This document shows, one piece after another, positions 37,390 through 50,970 of a stretch of 64,000 bases of DNA. Location of the stretch: contig OZ296648.1 of NCBI GenBank assembly GCA_965655095.1, forward strand, positions 154,194,001 through 154,258,000, written 5' to 3'. Source of the stretch: Haplodiscus bocki. Lineage: Eukaryota. Made by a program: the position numbers and the translations under genes. Under the pieces are notes generated by a model. That model had not been told where the DNA came from. It did no database searches and saw only the letters and a program-made list of their open reading frames with translations. Numbering within the stretch: the stretch's first letter is position 1; each line of letters opens with the position of its first letter.

Positions 37390-37850
37390 GAAAACATTGT
37401 TACTGTTTAGGCAGGTTTAACTTATAACAATTTTCTATTGAAAGAGTTGATTGTCTATGGAAAAAATCTTCAATACACACTGCTTTTCAAACCACTGAAA
37501 GAACTGCTTGACTGTTCAATAACACAACGACGCTCAAAACTTTTGCTTACGAAAAGAATTCATGTTACTGACTGGAATAGTGGTTTTTAATTTTACAGAT
37601 TCTTTAACGAAAATTTTGTTTGCCTTTCAATTCGTTTTCCCAAATTAACAGATTTTTATGAAGTAGGAACAACGTGGATTTCATTTCCGAATATGTGGAA
37701 AACGTTCGAGACTTGGACGAACTTGGTTGTCCACCAATGAAAGAACTACGAAAAAGTTTTGTGATTTCTTGTTCCGATCACAACAAAATTTAACCTTGGA
37801 AACCGAACGACACGTTTTGGCTTTGCAGTATTATTAAATCGGCGTTACTT
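37390..37850 (+). pseudogene. DnaQ/DEDD-like exonuclease family accessory gene of Polintons
   Basis: ...NNFLLKELIVYG...TLLFKPL...LLTKRIHVTDWNSG... and DLDELGCPPMKEL...SCSDH match the KELA / FKPP / HGLxWNSG / LExLGCP family pattern. Confidence 0.6.
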
Positions 37851-38989
37851 TTTCAGTGGAGATAAAAATCCAAATACGGAAACACAGACGGAGGCCAAAC
37901 ATATGTGTCGAATGTTAACTCCTCATTTGTGCGTTTGCATGTTAGCAGCAAATAATAGTCATTTGGTCACTTTGACCAAAAACGAATATATTGGAGTTGG
38001 TTCTCACAGAGTTATGAGAAGAAGTGTGATCCAATTGCCTCTCTCCGAGTACCACTTACTGAAGTCTGCGCTTGGTGCTCTTGACGCCGGAATTTTGGAC
38101 AAAAGCTGTAAGCAGTGTCCGAGATCCGGCAAACAAAGTTTTCCATTATGAGGAGGAAAATACTACCAGGCAACGTTTCCAACGAGAAACTCCCACGTCC
38201 GATGGAAATTCGTACAGGTTCTTCTTATTTAACCAAAAAGGTGAAGCAGATTATGAAAAGACAGAAAGTGGATAAAATTTGGTTCTATCCTGCACTCTGC
38301 ATGAAACCTTTAAGTTTTGAACTTGATTATTTAAACTGAAGACACCGAGTGGAGCCCTTTCCTTATTTTGCATGACACGAAACGGTTTGCTTTGCCTAGT
38401 AGTAGAAGTTTGTTTAATCAACTAACATGTGTATCATTCGTACACTGATCATTTAATAAACTATTGTACCATTTTCTTCTTTCGTTTGATACTTTTACCA
38501 GTTTACCGTTCTTTACTTTCTCTTGACACTTAAAGAAAGGAAGTGTCTTGTTCAACTGTACCTCTATCTTCTATGTTCCTCAACAATGCCATGCCCGAAA
38601 AACTGTTCACAAAGACATAGAGTGAAAAGCATCCAGTTTTGTCCTCAGAAAAATTGCATGCTTTCCCGCAGTACTTTCCAAAACGAAAATTAACTGCTTT
38701 TATAATGATTCTTTTTTATCCATTCTGAAAATCTCTTCATGTTGTTGTTTTGAATGTTGTTTCCAGAGCCAGTTGACGTACCAGAACTAATAAAACTTCA
38801 TGAACTGATTTATTATGAGAATAATGTGGAGAAGTCCCCTTTTGCATTTTTACAAAATCACCAATATCGGAAACGGTATTTTTTGTTCAAGCCTTCGCAT
38901 CTTTACTTGTAAAGACCTTTTGCTCGATAAAATAATTTTCTTCTGACGTTGCTTGTGACGACAAACCGTTTTGAACATCACATTTACCG

Positions 38990-39650
38990 CAAGCAGATGC
39001 ATATCATTTGCCCAAACCATATCCATAAAAAAAAATTACTTTTTTAAAAGAAAGAACTTTCATGTCCGTTGTTGGACCTTCTGGATCGGGGAAAAAACAA
39101 AAGTCTTTTCAATATTGACTTCCAAGACGTTTTGTCACAGGTTTGAAAAAAGTTACAACTTCTATCCCTAGTTTAACTTCTCTTTAAAGAAGTTCAGAAG
39201 AAAATGGTTTTTGAATTTGTCGACTCTCTCGACTTTGAAATGATAGAAACGCTTCAATATTGTCTGCTCAATTTTAACAATTCCTGCGAAGAAATTTATC
39301 AGAGGAAAAATGTTGTAAAAATTGCAGTTTCTGGTCGACACAGAGGTATGCATTTTACTTTCGTCAAACACAACTTGTTCCATCAAAAACGATGGTCGCG
39401 AACGGTTGACCTCAATACTTCACATATTGTCCTCTTCAATTCACCAAGTGATAGTTAACAAATAAAACTTTGGGAAAATAACTAAAACAATCAACTTTTT
39501 GAAGGAGTGTTACACAAAGGCAGTAGCGGGGCCAGATTGTCGCTTACTTATTGACGCAGACACATGTGAAGGTTTGAGAGTTTTTCGAACATTGTATGTC
39601 CTGGACCAAACACATTTTATCTGCCATCCTCACAATCAAAAAACACAGAA
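38990..39650 (+). pseudogene. A32/FtsK-like packaging ATPase
   Basis: Walker A MSVVGPSGSGK (39062-39094); degenerate Walker B CLLNFNNSCEEI; GRHRG; HNLFHQ...SRTVDLNTSHIVLFNSP. Confidence 0.9.
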
Positions 39651-39657
39651 ATCAACA

Positions 39658-39960
39658 ATGAGAGAGAGAAACTTACGCACACTCAGTATCTTGGAAAAAC
39701 TCACTTCAGTTCAGCAACAAAAACTCTTGAAAAGTTGTGACACAAAAGTTCTGATAGTTTGCTGTGAATGTGCATTCAATGTTATAGACGGTACTGTGAG
39801 CAGAAAATTTGAAAAATATACGTCCTTATGAAAAGCAACTGAGAGTGCTCGGTAGAAAATCAACGTCTAAAAGGAAAAACAGAAAAATTTAATGTGATCA
39901 AAACGTCTGAAATAAAAGAATTTGATGAATCACCCTTGATTTTGTTTTTTAACAAATATG
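39658..39960 (+). pseudogene. Conserved small Polinton protein (PZ-like)
   Basis: MRERNLRTLSIL...QQKLLKSCD...CCECAFNVIDGTV, located between ATPase and integrase. Confidence 0.6.
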
Positions 39961-40419
39961 ATTTTTGATATGGATACCCATGATAAGACTTTGAAAACTA
40001 TTTGATAACTGATTTTTGTTATGAATACCTGAGAAATTCTCCTTATACCAAAATTTTCTGAACACAACAAAATAATTCAACATTACAAGTTTTGAAAGAC
40101 CCGACACAGACAAAAAACAATATCTCTAACTTTACTCCAGAGAAATGAAACGTTCACTTCAACCTCACCACTTGCAAAAAAAGCAAAAATTGCAAACGAA
40201 AATAATTCGAATCTCCTTTTTTCTGAGAGCTTTACAGTTAAACCCCGTTTTGGTCCATATTGAAAACGGCACAAAAATTCTAGACCTTCCTCTCGAATTA
40301 ACTAGAAAAAGAAATAGCCACTCTCCAAACTTTTGGTATTCCGGCGACCAAAAATTTGAAGAAAAATTTACAGGCAAAGCGTCTGTTTCGAAATTGTGGA
40401 CAACTCTCCTAAAAGGACC

Positions 40420-41300
40420 AAAAACTATTGGAAAAATTGAATACACATGGTCCTGCCCCTTATAGAAGTTTTCAAAACCTATTGAAAGCAAGTAAACTGT
40501 CAAAATCAAAAGTAGAAATTTTTTGGCTGGAACAGACCCTCACACAAACTACCGCACTCCGAGAACAAACTTTCCTAAATTGAATGAACAAGCCTACAGG
40601 TTAACCGAAATTTGGTCGCTTGATGTTGCTCACCTGGACAACATTGAGAAATACAACAATGATGTAAAGTTTTTACTAGTTGCCGTGGATGCTCCATCTA
40701 GACTTTTACGAGTTGAACCCATGAAAACCAAAAATGCCACAGATACAACTCGTGCTTTCAACAGAATGACAACAAAATTTTCTCCCGAGAGAGTAGGGTC
40801 AGACAAAGGAACAGAGTTTAGGGAAGAGTTTGACCAACTTTGTGACTCCCAAATTGTGGAGCTATACAGTACACACAGTGAAACAAAGTCTGTTTTTGGT
40901 TAGCAAAATAATCAGTCACAGAAAGAACCACTTTTTAGACAATTGGAAAAGATATGGTCCCAGGACTATATCAATAAGCTTCGTGACTTCGTAGATTTTA
41001 ATAATTCAGTAGTCAATAGAGTGACAGGCTTAGCAACAAACAACGTTTCCAGACAATAATCTCAATTGGTTTCACTGTTCTTTAATCAGCCAAATGAACA
41101 TCTATAGCAGCCAAAACTGAAGCCGGGAGACTTTGCGGGATTGTCAAAAAAAACCGTTCAAAAAAAAGTTTTTCAGAAGTTTACTGACGAGATCTTTAAA
41201 ACTGAAAAAAAACGCTTTGAAAACTCCAACGTATACAATGATTGTTTCCAAGACAGAGAACTTCTGTGTAATTTACAGTAACTACAATTAATCTCGACTG
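40420..41300 (+). pseudogene. Retroviral-like (RVE) integrase of Polinton-2
   Basis: EIWSLDVAHL...FLLVAVDAPSR...PMKTK...VGSDKGTEF...YSTHSETKS; downstream VNRVTGLA and FTDEIF. Confidence 0.92.
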
Positions 41301-41319
41301 GAAAAAAAAAGAACAAATT

Positions 41320-42210
41320 GCAGTGCACTTGTTGTCCTCAGCATCAATGAATGCTTTTGCTGACAGAACCCTCGCGTCATTCAAGAAGCACCTCTCTCAA
41401 AACTTATCCCTAGAAGGTGACTGCCGCGTTGCACTGTCCGAAAATATTTTTCATTGGCACATAAACAAATGATACACGGTCTTTTTCTGTCACGTTTACA
41501 TTATTACCGGCAAAAATAAACTATACGAAGACAACGGTGATGAAAAAGAAACAATGAAGAGGATGAGGACGTGGATAAAACTAGTGTTGTAAAAAAGAAG
41601 GAGACTAAAGGGGTTTTACTGTATTATCAAAAAGATAAATTATAAAACTGGAGTAGTACAGAAAAGTTGGTAACGTACTCTTCGCACTGTATTGGAAGTT
41701 TTTGTGGCGTATGCTAGAGGAAGGAACATTTCGATTGCTTGAAGCAGGTAGAGTCAAACTTGATTTCAATACAAACGCTGGTTTCATGATTCCTTACAGA
41801 AACAACCCCAATACTCTTAGTTTTTGAGTAAGAGAGACAACTTTTGTCAATCAGAATGGAAATGAAGATTTTGGAGAAGATAGGAGAGTCTCTGGGGCTT
41901 TTCCAAGTGATCTCATTTCGGATATCAGCCAAACTTTTTTGGACACTGATTTGATTGAACACTGAAACTCTGGTGATGTAAAAGCACCAATTCTGCCGAT
42001 CACTCACTGTCGCAAAAAGCGTAGAGATTTGTGTGGTTGTGACGACACAAGTTTTGGAGCGGAAAACAAATTTTGATTCACAATTCTAGAAACTGTTGGC
42101 AGAATATATACAAACAATCACCATACAGTTTAGATGTACGACTGGTAATCTGGTGCCATTTTTCGTTACGAGACAGGTAGTTTTGACGTTCAATTTTAAA
42201 AAAATTGCGT
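41320..42210 (+). pseudogene. Minor capsid (penton, single jelly-roll) protein
   Basis: VHLLSSASMNAFADRTLASFKKHLSQNLSLEGDCRVALSENIF N-terminus; GDVKAPILP and GNLVPF C-terminal motifs. Confidence 0.8.
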
Positions 42211-42219
42211 ACTGGTTGA

Positions 42220-42560
42220 TTGTTACGCCATACAGATGTAATTAACCCATTCTCCGGCTTCAACAGATAACGAGGCAGTCAAATTGGTGGATTAGCAGCA
42301 GGAAATGGTCAAATTTTGTTACCTTTTGCGAAAAAAATCCTTTCACCTGCCAAAAAAACAGTGGCAAGGAACTGCTCGCACAAAATGTCCCCGAAATTTT
42401 GGATGTTTTCACAAAAAAATCACTTCGGGAAGCAGCCAAAAAAGTAATATCAAACATTTTCAAGAACCAGACTAGTGGAACAGGCAAACAGCCTCAGAAG
42501 TTGAAAAAACGCGAAGCCATTACCAAATCAAAACTCAAGCAGAGATTTCGTTTCAGAAGT
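42220..42560 (+). pseudogene. Small Gly/basic protein between capsid genes (PW-like)
   Basis: HFSGFNR*RGSQIGGLAAG...KELLAQNVPEILDVFTKKSLREAAKK. Confidence 0.55.
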
Positions 42561-42565
42561 CAAAA

Positions 42566-43860
42566 ATGTTGCCTAACGTTTTACCTCTGGAAGCCTCACA
42601 CGGCTCATTGGACAATTTTGAACGACCACCAATTTTGATTACTTTAGATTCTTTTTTGATGAAAAAAATGGTCCAGTTTTTTCACCCAATGGGCCGACGC
42701 ATGAATTTGCACTCCTTGGCGATCGAAACAACTTTTTGCAGTTGCAAAATTTTTTTTTGGATAAATTGCAAAAAATCGCAACACGATGGCTCAGATTTAC
42801 GATATGACGTAGCTAATGCGACCCAATCTGATACTCCTGTCTTTGTTAACATTAATCTTCACTCTCTTTTTCCTGAATTTACAGCTATTGGCTTTGGATT
42901 GAAAATCTCGAACTCAAACTTGGTTTACGCTCACGAAGCTTTCATTGAAACCGAACAATCCAAAGGAAAGGAAGCCAAAGATACTAGGTTAAGTTGTTAA
43001 AGATATACCTACAAAGCAGACTCTGGAGACCATACCAGTGTCGTCGTTAGGAGCAGAGGAGCAGAGACTATCGAGTCCGGAGAGATTAGAATTTTTTTTG
43101 AAGTTGCAGCAGACATCTTCTCTCGCGACAAACACCTCCTCAGTGGCGGAACACTGCGTTTTCTTTGTTGTATACAAGCCTGAGTTTGATCTGTTTTATG
43201 ACGGCGTCGTCAAAAAGTTTAAAATCACCATATCCGAAGCTAACCTCTACTTTCGTAAAATGACTGTGTCTGATCAAGTTTTCGACTGAAAACCTTTGAC
43301 AAAAACACCCGCCTTTTATCACTGCACTGAAGTTTCACCAGAAATGTATCTATTTCATCAAGGGAGTCGGAGCTGGAGCAAAGAATATGTCTTCAAAACG
43401 GAACCAATCAGATGTTTTGCTGCGGCTCTGAATTCCAATCAGGCGGTGCTTGGCTCCGAATTACCAAACACATCCATTATCAAAAACATGGCTTGAGCAG
43501 AGCAAGGTTACAGTTTACCGCAAGGATTGCCCCAACGCAGGCACTCTTTTTCAACAAAAGATGAAAGAAGAGTTTACATGACCACAATGGACTCTTTTGC
43601 TTCTGGTTATCCCGAATTTGATATTCCTTTCGCCGATTACACGAATCATTTTGTGTTTTGTTTTTGAACTTACAAGTACAGAAAATGCATCTCATGATTC
43701 TGTCCATCTTGAGTTGGCCACTGCGGCTGTGTCCTTGGAATATCTGTTTTCGAAAGCACTACTAGCATTTACTGATGTGTTTTTTTGGGTGATGAAGGTT
43801 CAACATTTTTTTTGACTCCAAAGGAAAAGTTTCCACAAACGTCATTTTGAATCCTACAAC
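42566..43860 (+). pseudogene. Major capsid protein (double jelly-roll)
   Basis: SLDNFERPPILIT...PVFVNINLHSLF...KISNSNLVYAHEAFIETE...EAKDTRL; ITISEANLYFRKMTVS; CFVFELTS. Confidence 0.88.
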
Positions 43861-43864
43861 AAAA

Positions 43865-44300
43865 AAGTAGACGAGAATTATTTATCACAACTGACAAAAA
43901 ATTGTTCAACATTAAAAAATAAACTTGGAGGAACTTATCCAGCCAATAAATTTCTTATTTTATTGCCAGACGACAGTTTTGTTGTGTTAGTGCAGAAAAT
44001 TCAAACAGCATTGGAAAGCTTTGGAGATAAGGGTGTAACGTGAAAATTTTATGAAAAATCACGGATGTTCTTGGTTTGGATTTGTTTTTTCACTACCCAA
44101 ACATTGCCAAGAAGATATCTTTAGTAGACAATTGAACCATTTTTGAAGGATGTTTCAGCATTACAAAGTCAGTATTCAAACTTGTGTTGTTTTTAGTGTA
44201 ATCAAATTCCTCATTTCATAATCAACTCCTAATAACTTGATATTTTTTTTTACTAAAACTCGTTTGCTTCGTTTTGTAAAACATTTAAACCTATTAGGTT
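43865..44300 (+). pseudogene. Adenain/Ulp1-like cysteine protease
   Basis: KNKLGGTYPANKF...DDSFVV and LQSQYSNLCCF*C (Q-x5-C catalytic region); follows MCP as expected. Confidence 0.6.
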
Positions 44301-44318
44301 TTCAATTTCTAAAGCCTG

Positions 44319-45110
44319 TCATTCAGAGAAAACGTTAGTACAGGCGCAAAATTTATAGAACCATGACCAATTTGAAAACTCTGAGAAAAAATTGAAACAT
44401 GATCTCCGTCGGGACCAAACATAACATTTTCCAAACGTTGCCAATGCTTGACTCAGGCCACAGTTGGCTTGGACGACTTTGTCACATTTTTGCACAGAAA
44501 AATAAATTGAAGGTAGAAACTTCCGAGGGTTTTTGTTTTCAGCAATTGACTGCAAGTCACCATTGTAACTGATAGCCTGGTCTGATTTTTTAAACAGTTC
44601 CCCAAATACCTTCGTTTCATGGCTGTTTGATTTTAGTAGGCCGTAATTTGTATATAAACAGGGTAGTGAATAACTTTTGGTTTCACGCCTGTGACTCTCT
44701 CGTGAACATAGTGCAAGAAGGTGATAATGTTTGTCCGTAAATGCGTTGCAAACTCCATCATGTGCGAGTGAATATAAAACGAAAGCCAAAAGCAAATCAT
44801 TTGGAAAATTGGTCACGAGTTTGGGTTTTTTCAAACGAAAAGAATTGAAAGTTTTTTTCGAAATTGTTCAAAGCAATCGGAAGAACGTTCAAACATTGCG
44901 TCCACCATATTTGTGGACAGGATAAATGTTTTCCTTGCTGGCCTCGCCAAAATCTTTCACGTCGTTCACTTCTACCCCAACAGTCTTTTTGTTTCTTGTT
45001 TCGTTTCTTGGTAACATTCTTGGCACAGGGAGAGTGTAAAATTGATTTTCCTAAAGCAAGTAATTTCCCAAACTCTTCATGCCTGAGGGTGATTTTTTGC
45101 AAGGGATCCA
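44319..45110 (-). pseudogene. Antisense ORF in Polinton-2 with an HUH-like motif (possible HUH endonuclease)
   Basis: YSLAHDGVCNAFTDKHYHLLAL (HYH at 44721-44729) followed ~20 aa later by PCLYTNYGLL; 171-aa open frame. Confidence 0.4.
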
Positions 45111-47149
45111 CATTCCGTCTGTTTTCTTTTTGAACAATTTCCCAAAAGTGTAGATGCCGGTTTTTTCGTAATTTTCAACAGTTGGTCAAATCTGACTGGT
45201 TGACTTTTGTGAAATATCAATGTGATAATTACCAAGGTTTCGTCTTTATTAGGTGTATAATCGCCAACGTATGTCTTATTGAACAGAAAGAGCACAATGT
45301 TTAAAACTGGATACTATGAATATACAAAATTTGACTCAGGTGGGTCCCGTATGAGAAAAATGGGTCATCTTATTGATCTTAGTAGGAGGTCTCCGTTGAT
45401 ATTCCTTGTAAATGTCTTTGCCGCGACACTTTTGTTTGATAGTGACACCAACTTTATAGAAAAAACAGGGATTTCTGAAAAACAAAAACAATAAATACCC
45501 AGAAACCCGGTCGTTAGAAAGCGCTGTAAAATATTAACCAGGCTCAAAACTTACCTACAGCAATTCAAACGCAAACAAAAAGTCTGAATTTTAGGTGCAC
45601 ACCTTTTGGTTTCATATAGAGACAGCCACCGCCAACGTCGAAACGTTTCCAAGAATGCGTTTGTTTTTTGCATATCAAACATGCAAAGAGGTTCCTTCAA
45701 TATGTTTGTCAAACGACTACAGATTTTACCCTCTCTACTTCTCAGCGGTTAAATTTTCATGACGCATTTAATATCAAGCAATCCTTGTTATCAATAAAGA
45801 AGGAAGATCACAGGAACTCTCATTCAAAGATGACAATTCACCAACCAATTTGGAAACGAAAAAGGAGATTCTCCTGCCCGAAGTTGTCTACAACAAACTA
45901 AAATTGGCTTCCAATCCACACTAGTCAAAATCAATTGTGGAGAGAAGGCGGAAAACGGACAAAGTTGATTGGGATTCCGATGAGCATTGAGACGTCGAAC
46001 AAATACATCGCTGTGATGTTCCTTTGCTCCTTATAGCATTGAAGCGTCTTCTGTGCAATTACGACTGCTCAATGGTTACCATCACCAATGACCAACTAAG
46101 TGTTTGGAGGGAATTTGAATCGTTGGAGGCTTTTCGGGGAGTAGAATGGGACTCGACTTCTCCAACCCCACAACCAATATCTCCAGTCGCAAGCAACGTT
46201 ACCCAGGACGAAATCATTGATGTAGGTGAGGAATTGACTGTGCGAACAACATTTTTTTACCGCTGAAGGCTGCAGTTTGAGTGTTTTCGAAGTGCCATCA
46301 GTGGGAAAGACAAAGAGAGACAAAACCATTTTCAAAAAAACCTAAACTGACAACTCTAAGTGCTCGAGAGCACTTTCCGAAAAAAATTCAAAAAATTCCA
46401 TTTGAAATCTATTCCTACTAGACCCACAGAAAGTTACCACAAAACAATTTCGAAATTCTGGTTTACGAAGTTTTTTTCATAGGAGCAAATTTCAAAGGTC
46501 CCGTAATTTACGAGGAAAATGACAATTTTCAAAAAGAAGTTTTCACCGTTTCTGGTCAGAAAAAAAAGATTTATCAACACTGGAAAATGTTACGACACTT
46601 TCAACCGGCACACAAACACAAAAGAGAACGCTGAATCCGCTGGTGAACGGCAAGACGCTAGTTTTAGTGAGTATTGAGATTTTGGCCCAAACATAATTTT
46701 ATTTGGACCGGTTTTTTCGACAAAAAAAATCAGTTATTTTCAAAATCCGTTGATCGGATCGGTCTGGAAAGTTGTAGCAAGTTCGCAAGGCTGCTTTTGA
46801 ATTTTTTATATAACAATAGGGGTCCCTTAAAAACACCTTTCTTCAAAAAACACAGAAACAAGTTCCGTTACTCCTCCCAGTTTAAAGTCAAGCAGTCCAG
46901 AAACAGATATTGAACTAATTTGAGGATTCTTGGTGTGTAGTCAACCACAGTTTTCCGGGAAAAAATGGCGTCCGGGATATCATATATGGTGGTCGATACA
47001 AACTTCTAGTTTTGTGCAGAGTTCCTCCATCCTCTAACCATATTTGGTTGTCGTCTCGTTAGTTTATCGTAGCGCAGTAAAACAATTGTTTTTTCAATCT
47101 TAACTTTGAAAAACACTCCACTTGTCAAAAGGGGTGCGGAGCGGGATAT

Positions 47150-50100
47150 TTGTTCCAAAACATATAGTTCTCCGAGACAGTCGCGCCGACAAAAACCAAA
47201 TGTACACAAAGTACTCCTTTAATTTGAACCATTCTCATGTTCAGACTATGGTTTCGAAAATACCTCATTAGTTTCTATGAAAAAACACTTTGTACAAAAG
47301 CATGGACAAATAACAGTCAATCAATGTTGTTACTGTAACATCATCTAAGGAGATTTTGCCAAATTGTTGAATCATGCCGAAACGTACTTTCTTTACAAAC
47401 AAAACTCACACGGAGAGACAATGCAGACATTGAAAAAATCGCCGGCTACAAAAAAACAGGAACACCATTCACAACATCATTACAATTCTAGCAAGCAAAA
47501 AAATACATCAATTGATTTGTTACAATTGTTTGGTGAGAGAAAAAATCAGATGCAAAACCTAGTTAGACAAAAAAACTCGCGATGGTCTCATAAAAGTTCA
47601 ATTTACAACAGAATATAAGCTAGTGAAAGCAAAACTTGACCAAACCTCACAAGAAACTATTACAGTTTACACCAACATTAACTCTGTACGAGTTTACTCC
47701 TTGGGAATCTCGGACGACAATTTTCATTGTTTGATTGAACAACTGACATTGGCTTTTTATACTTTTGCCTCGCATGGTAATGGATGAACTTTGTGAGAGA
47801 CTATAAATTTATTAGTAAACTTTTGAAAATCATTTTCACCAATACAAGGACGATCCTTCATAGATCTTCCCAGCAATCTCCATAACTGACAGTTTGTAGT
47901 CAATTTGCGCAACAATGCCGCTGGAAACTGCCTTTTCTTTTGTTATGGTGCTGCATACCATCTATACACGGAGGAACGTTTCATCGAAACAAGTTCCTGA
48001 CGATGGAAAACGAGCCCCGATACCTATAATCTCAGTAACAACGCTTTAGCCAAAAAGCATCTGGGTGAATTCTCAAGGCCAATGCAATTCAATCAAGTCT
48101 ATCGCTTTGAAAATCGCAACAAGGTCCAAGTGAATGTCCTTACAATCGAAAAAAAAGGAGTTGGTGCACCTAGACATACATGAAATATATGTGATTCCAT
48201 AATGAATTTTTTAATGCCATCAGATGATGGCAGTCATCAATCTGTTTTGAATACCGATTTGGAACATCTTGTCGACTTCGTCAAAAATGAGCAAAATAGG
48301 TCAAAAGGCGAAATTTGCAGAACCTGTTTCCAAGTTTGTAGCTCAATTAAAAGAATAAAAAAGCACAAAAACAATTGTTACGAAAATGAAGCCACTACAA
48401 TAGTTTCACCCGTTGATAACAAATAGCTTCACCAATTCAAAAGTAGAAATCCACCTTGTTTGTAACTCCCGTTAAAAAAATTGACACCGAAGCCCTTCTC
48501 GTTCCCATCCATATTTGTGCCTCTGCACTAAATGCCAGTGGGCACATGAAATTGGAAAAATATATCTCGTCTGACTATGCGTTCTTTTTTGTTGAGCATG
48601 AGAATGACAAAGTTTTGTCTTAAAAAATCAGAAGACAAAGATAGTGTTTTGAAGAATTTATCAAAATTTTGAAAACAATAACCAAGGATCCTTGTAATCG
48701 CGAACAAAACCGTCGACTCTTCAAAAGTGACCCTCCTGTACGAAAAGAAACTGTCAATGACTGCTGGATTTGCTTTAAACTTTTGGAAAAAATCCAAGAA
48801 AAAATTTTGGAGCATTGTCTTTATAGTGGTAAGTTCTTAGGTTGGGCTCATTCTAAAAATAATCAGAAAACAAAAACAATCAACCTCACCCCAGTGAATG
48901 CACACAACATGACAGTCTATGACATTCATCAGATTTGTACAAAAATTAACAGGAGCACTTCGAAAAATACTTTCTCTGTGATTCCTAAAACAGATGTAAG
49001 GTACATTTTTTTCACATTTTGCGTCTGGGTAGACTCTTTTGTGGACAAAAATGGAGTGACTAAAAATGTTCAAGAAGATATGCGATTCTTGGATACTTTC
49101 AAACTCTTGCCACAGTTCCTGGAGAAACTTGGTAGTTGTCAGCCCAAGTGATATTTTTTATACTTGGAAAGTCATCCAGTATGCAAAACAATGTGTCACA
49201 AATTGACTGACCAAAAAGGAAAAGCTTTTATTCCCACAGATACATGGACAAATTTGACAAATGCTTTGACGAGAGACTATCTCCAAGTGAATTTTGGAAA
49301 AGTCCACTAGAACGTGGAGAAGTTATTTTTTTCGATGTAGAGTTGGAGCTGAAAAGTCTTGTAATCCCAGAGTTTGTTTGCAAACTATTATACAATTATC
49401 ATGACTTACTTTTACACGTCGATGTTCTCGTTCTAGAGTCCGACTTTCAAGAATTTCGCTAAGTCTGCTATGCCACTTACGATCTGGACTGCGTACATTT
49501 CTATACGGCATCCAATTTGTCAGGTGAAGCCTTTCTGAAGCCATGTAACGCTCGAATTGAACTATTAACTCATCTCAAATTTTTGGAAAAAGCCGGGAAC
49601 TTGATTACCGGAAGAGTCTTTTCAGTGGTTGCAAAACGCGATTTTCAAACAAATAATAATTATTTACCAAGCTTTAACCACTCAGCGCAAAAAACATTTG
49701 GTTTTTTTGCATTGATGCAAACAACTTATACGGCGGATTCATTGACAAGTTTCTATTGCCTTCAAAAATCTTTGTTTTGAAAGCACACGGAGAAATTGAC
49801 TTGCATGGCATTCTAAGTACGCCAGATGACTCCTCATTTGGACATTTTCTGGAGGTGGATCTCCATTATCTCGAGGACTTGCAGGATTTCCAGTCAGATT
49901 TCCCACCGTCACTAACCACCAAGGAAACTAGTTTTTTCTGGCTGAAGAAGTATCACGGAAACACGCTGGAAAGTTTGCGAACAAAAACATTTCCCACAAA
50001 AAACAACAAACTGATTAAAACATTTTACGACAAAGCCAAATACACATTGCACTACCTCACGTCGAAACTAAACTGTAAACTGTGATTAGAGGTCAAAAAA

Positions 50101-50970
50101 GTGACAAGGTTTTACAAATCAATCAATCAGAGAAGCTTGACGTTACATACATTTGAACACTACAAAACGGCAAATCGCTACCAAAAAAAATGATGAGAGT
50201 TTCTACAAGTTGATGAGTAACTTGGAATTCGGAAAAATTGAAAACATTGGTAGTTGAATTAGTTCGTACGAGGACCCAGTTGCTAGCACAAACAAACCAA
50301 ATCCTCAAGGAAACCTATAAGATTTTCAACAATGACATATTTGCAATAACATTCAAACCAAGAAAAATCTACTGGATTAATTATACGATAGTTAGTGCTT
50401 TAACTTTAGATCTGTCAAAGCTACACTTGTATTGGTTCCACTATGCATATATGAAAGCGTTTTTTGAAAATCTAGCGCTTTATTACGACCCAAATTCTTT
50501 GCTTTACGAGTTTGAATGGGAAGATTTGTACTAAGACCTCAAAAAAATCATGCGATCTACCAAAAAAAATGCTTTCTTTAACTATAAGGAAACTAATTGG
50601 CTGCATTCTAAACATCAGAAACTAGAAGAACTCAAGTTTGAAGACGAAATGGGTCGGAGAATTATAGACAGTGTCCTTGCTCTGAAATCAAAACTGTATT
50701 CCATTTCAATGGGAGAAGAACAGAAGCTCCCTGCAAAAGAACAACTAAATATGCGCAGAAAAGTCTGATGCACCCAGTATTTTTTTCGATTTCCTACAAG
50801 AAATGCTTTACTGAGACCTTTGAATTATGCACAAAGCTGTGAAAACATAGTGTTTTTACCTTAAACACCACAAAGATATCGTTGAGTTTTTTCGATAAAA
50901 AACGATACTTTCTGTTGATAGGCGTGGAAATTTTGCCCTTCGGACATTCGTCCCTGCGAGACGATGAAAT
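47150..50970 (+). pseudogene. Protein-primed family B DNA polymerase with endonuclease VII-like insert
   Basis: FASHGNG*; CWIC...EHCLYSGKFLGWAHSKNN (EndoVII-like); AHNMTVYD (ExoII); RFLDTFKL; YHDLLLHVDVL (ExoIII); IDANNLYG (A); FYKLMSNLEFGK (B); LYYDPNSL (C, YxDTDS variant); KFEDE; LPFGH. Confidence 0.95.
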
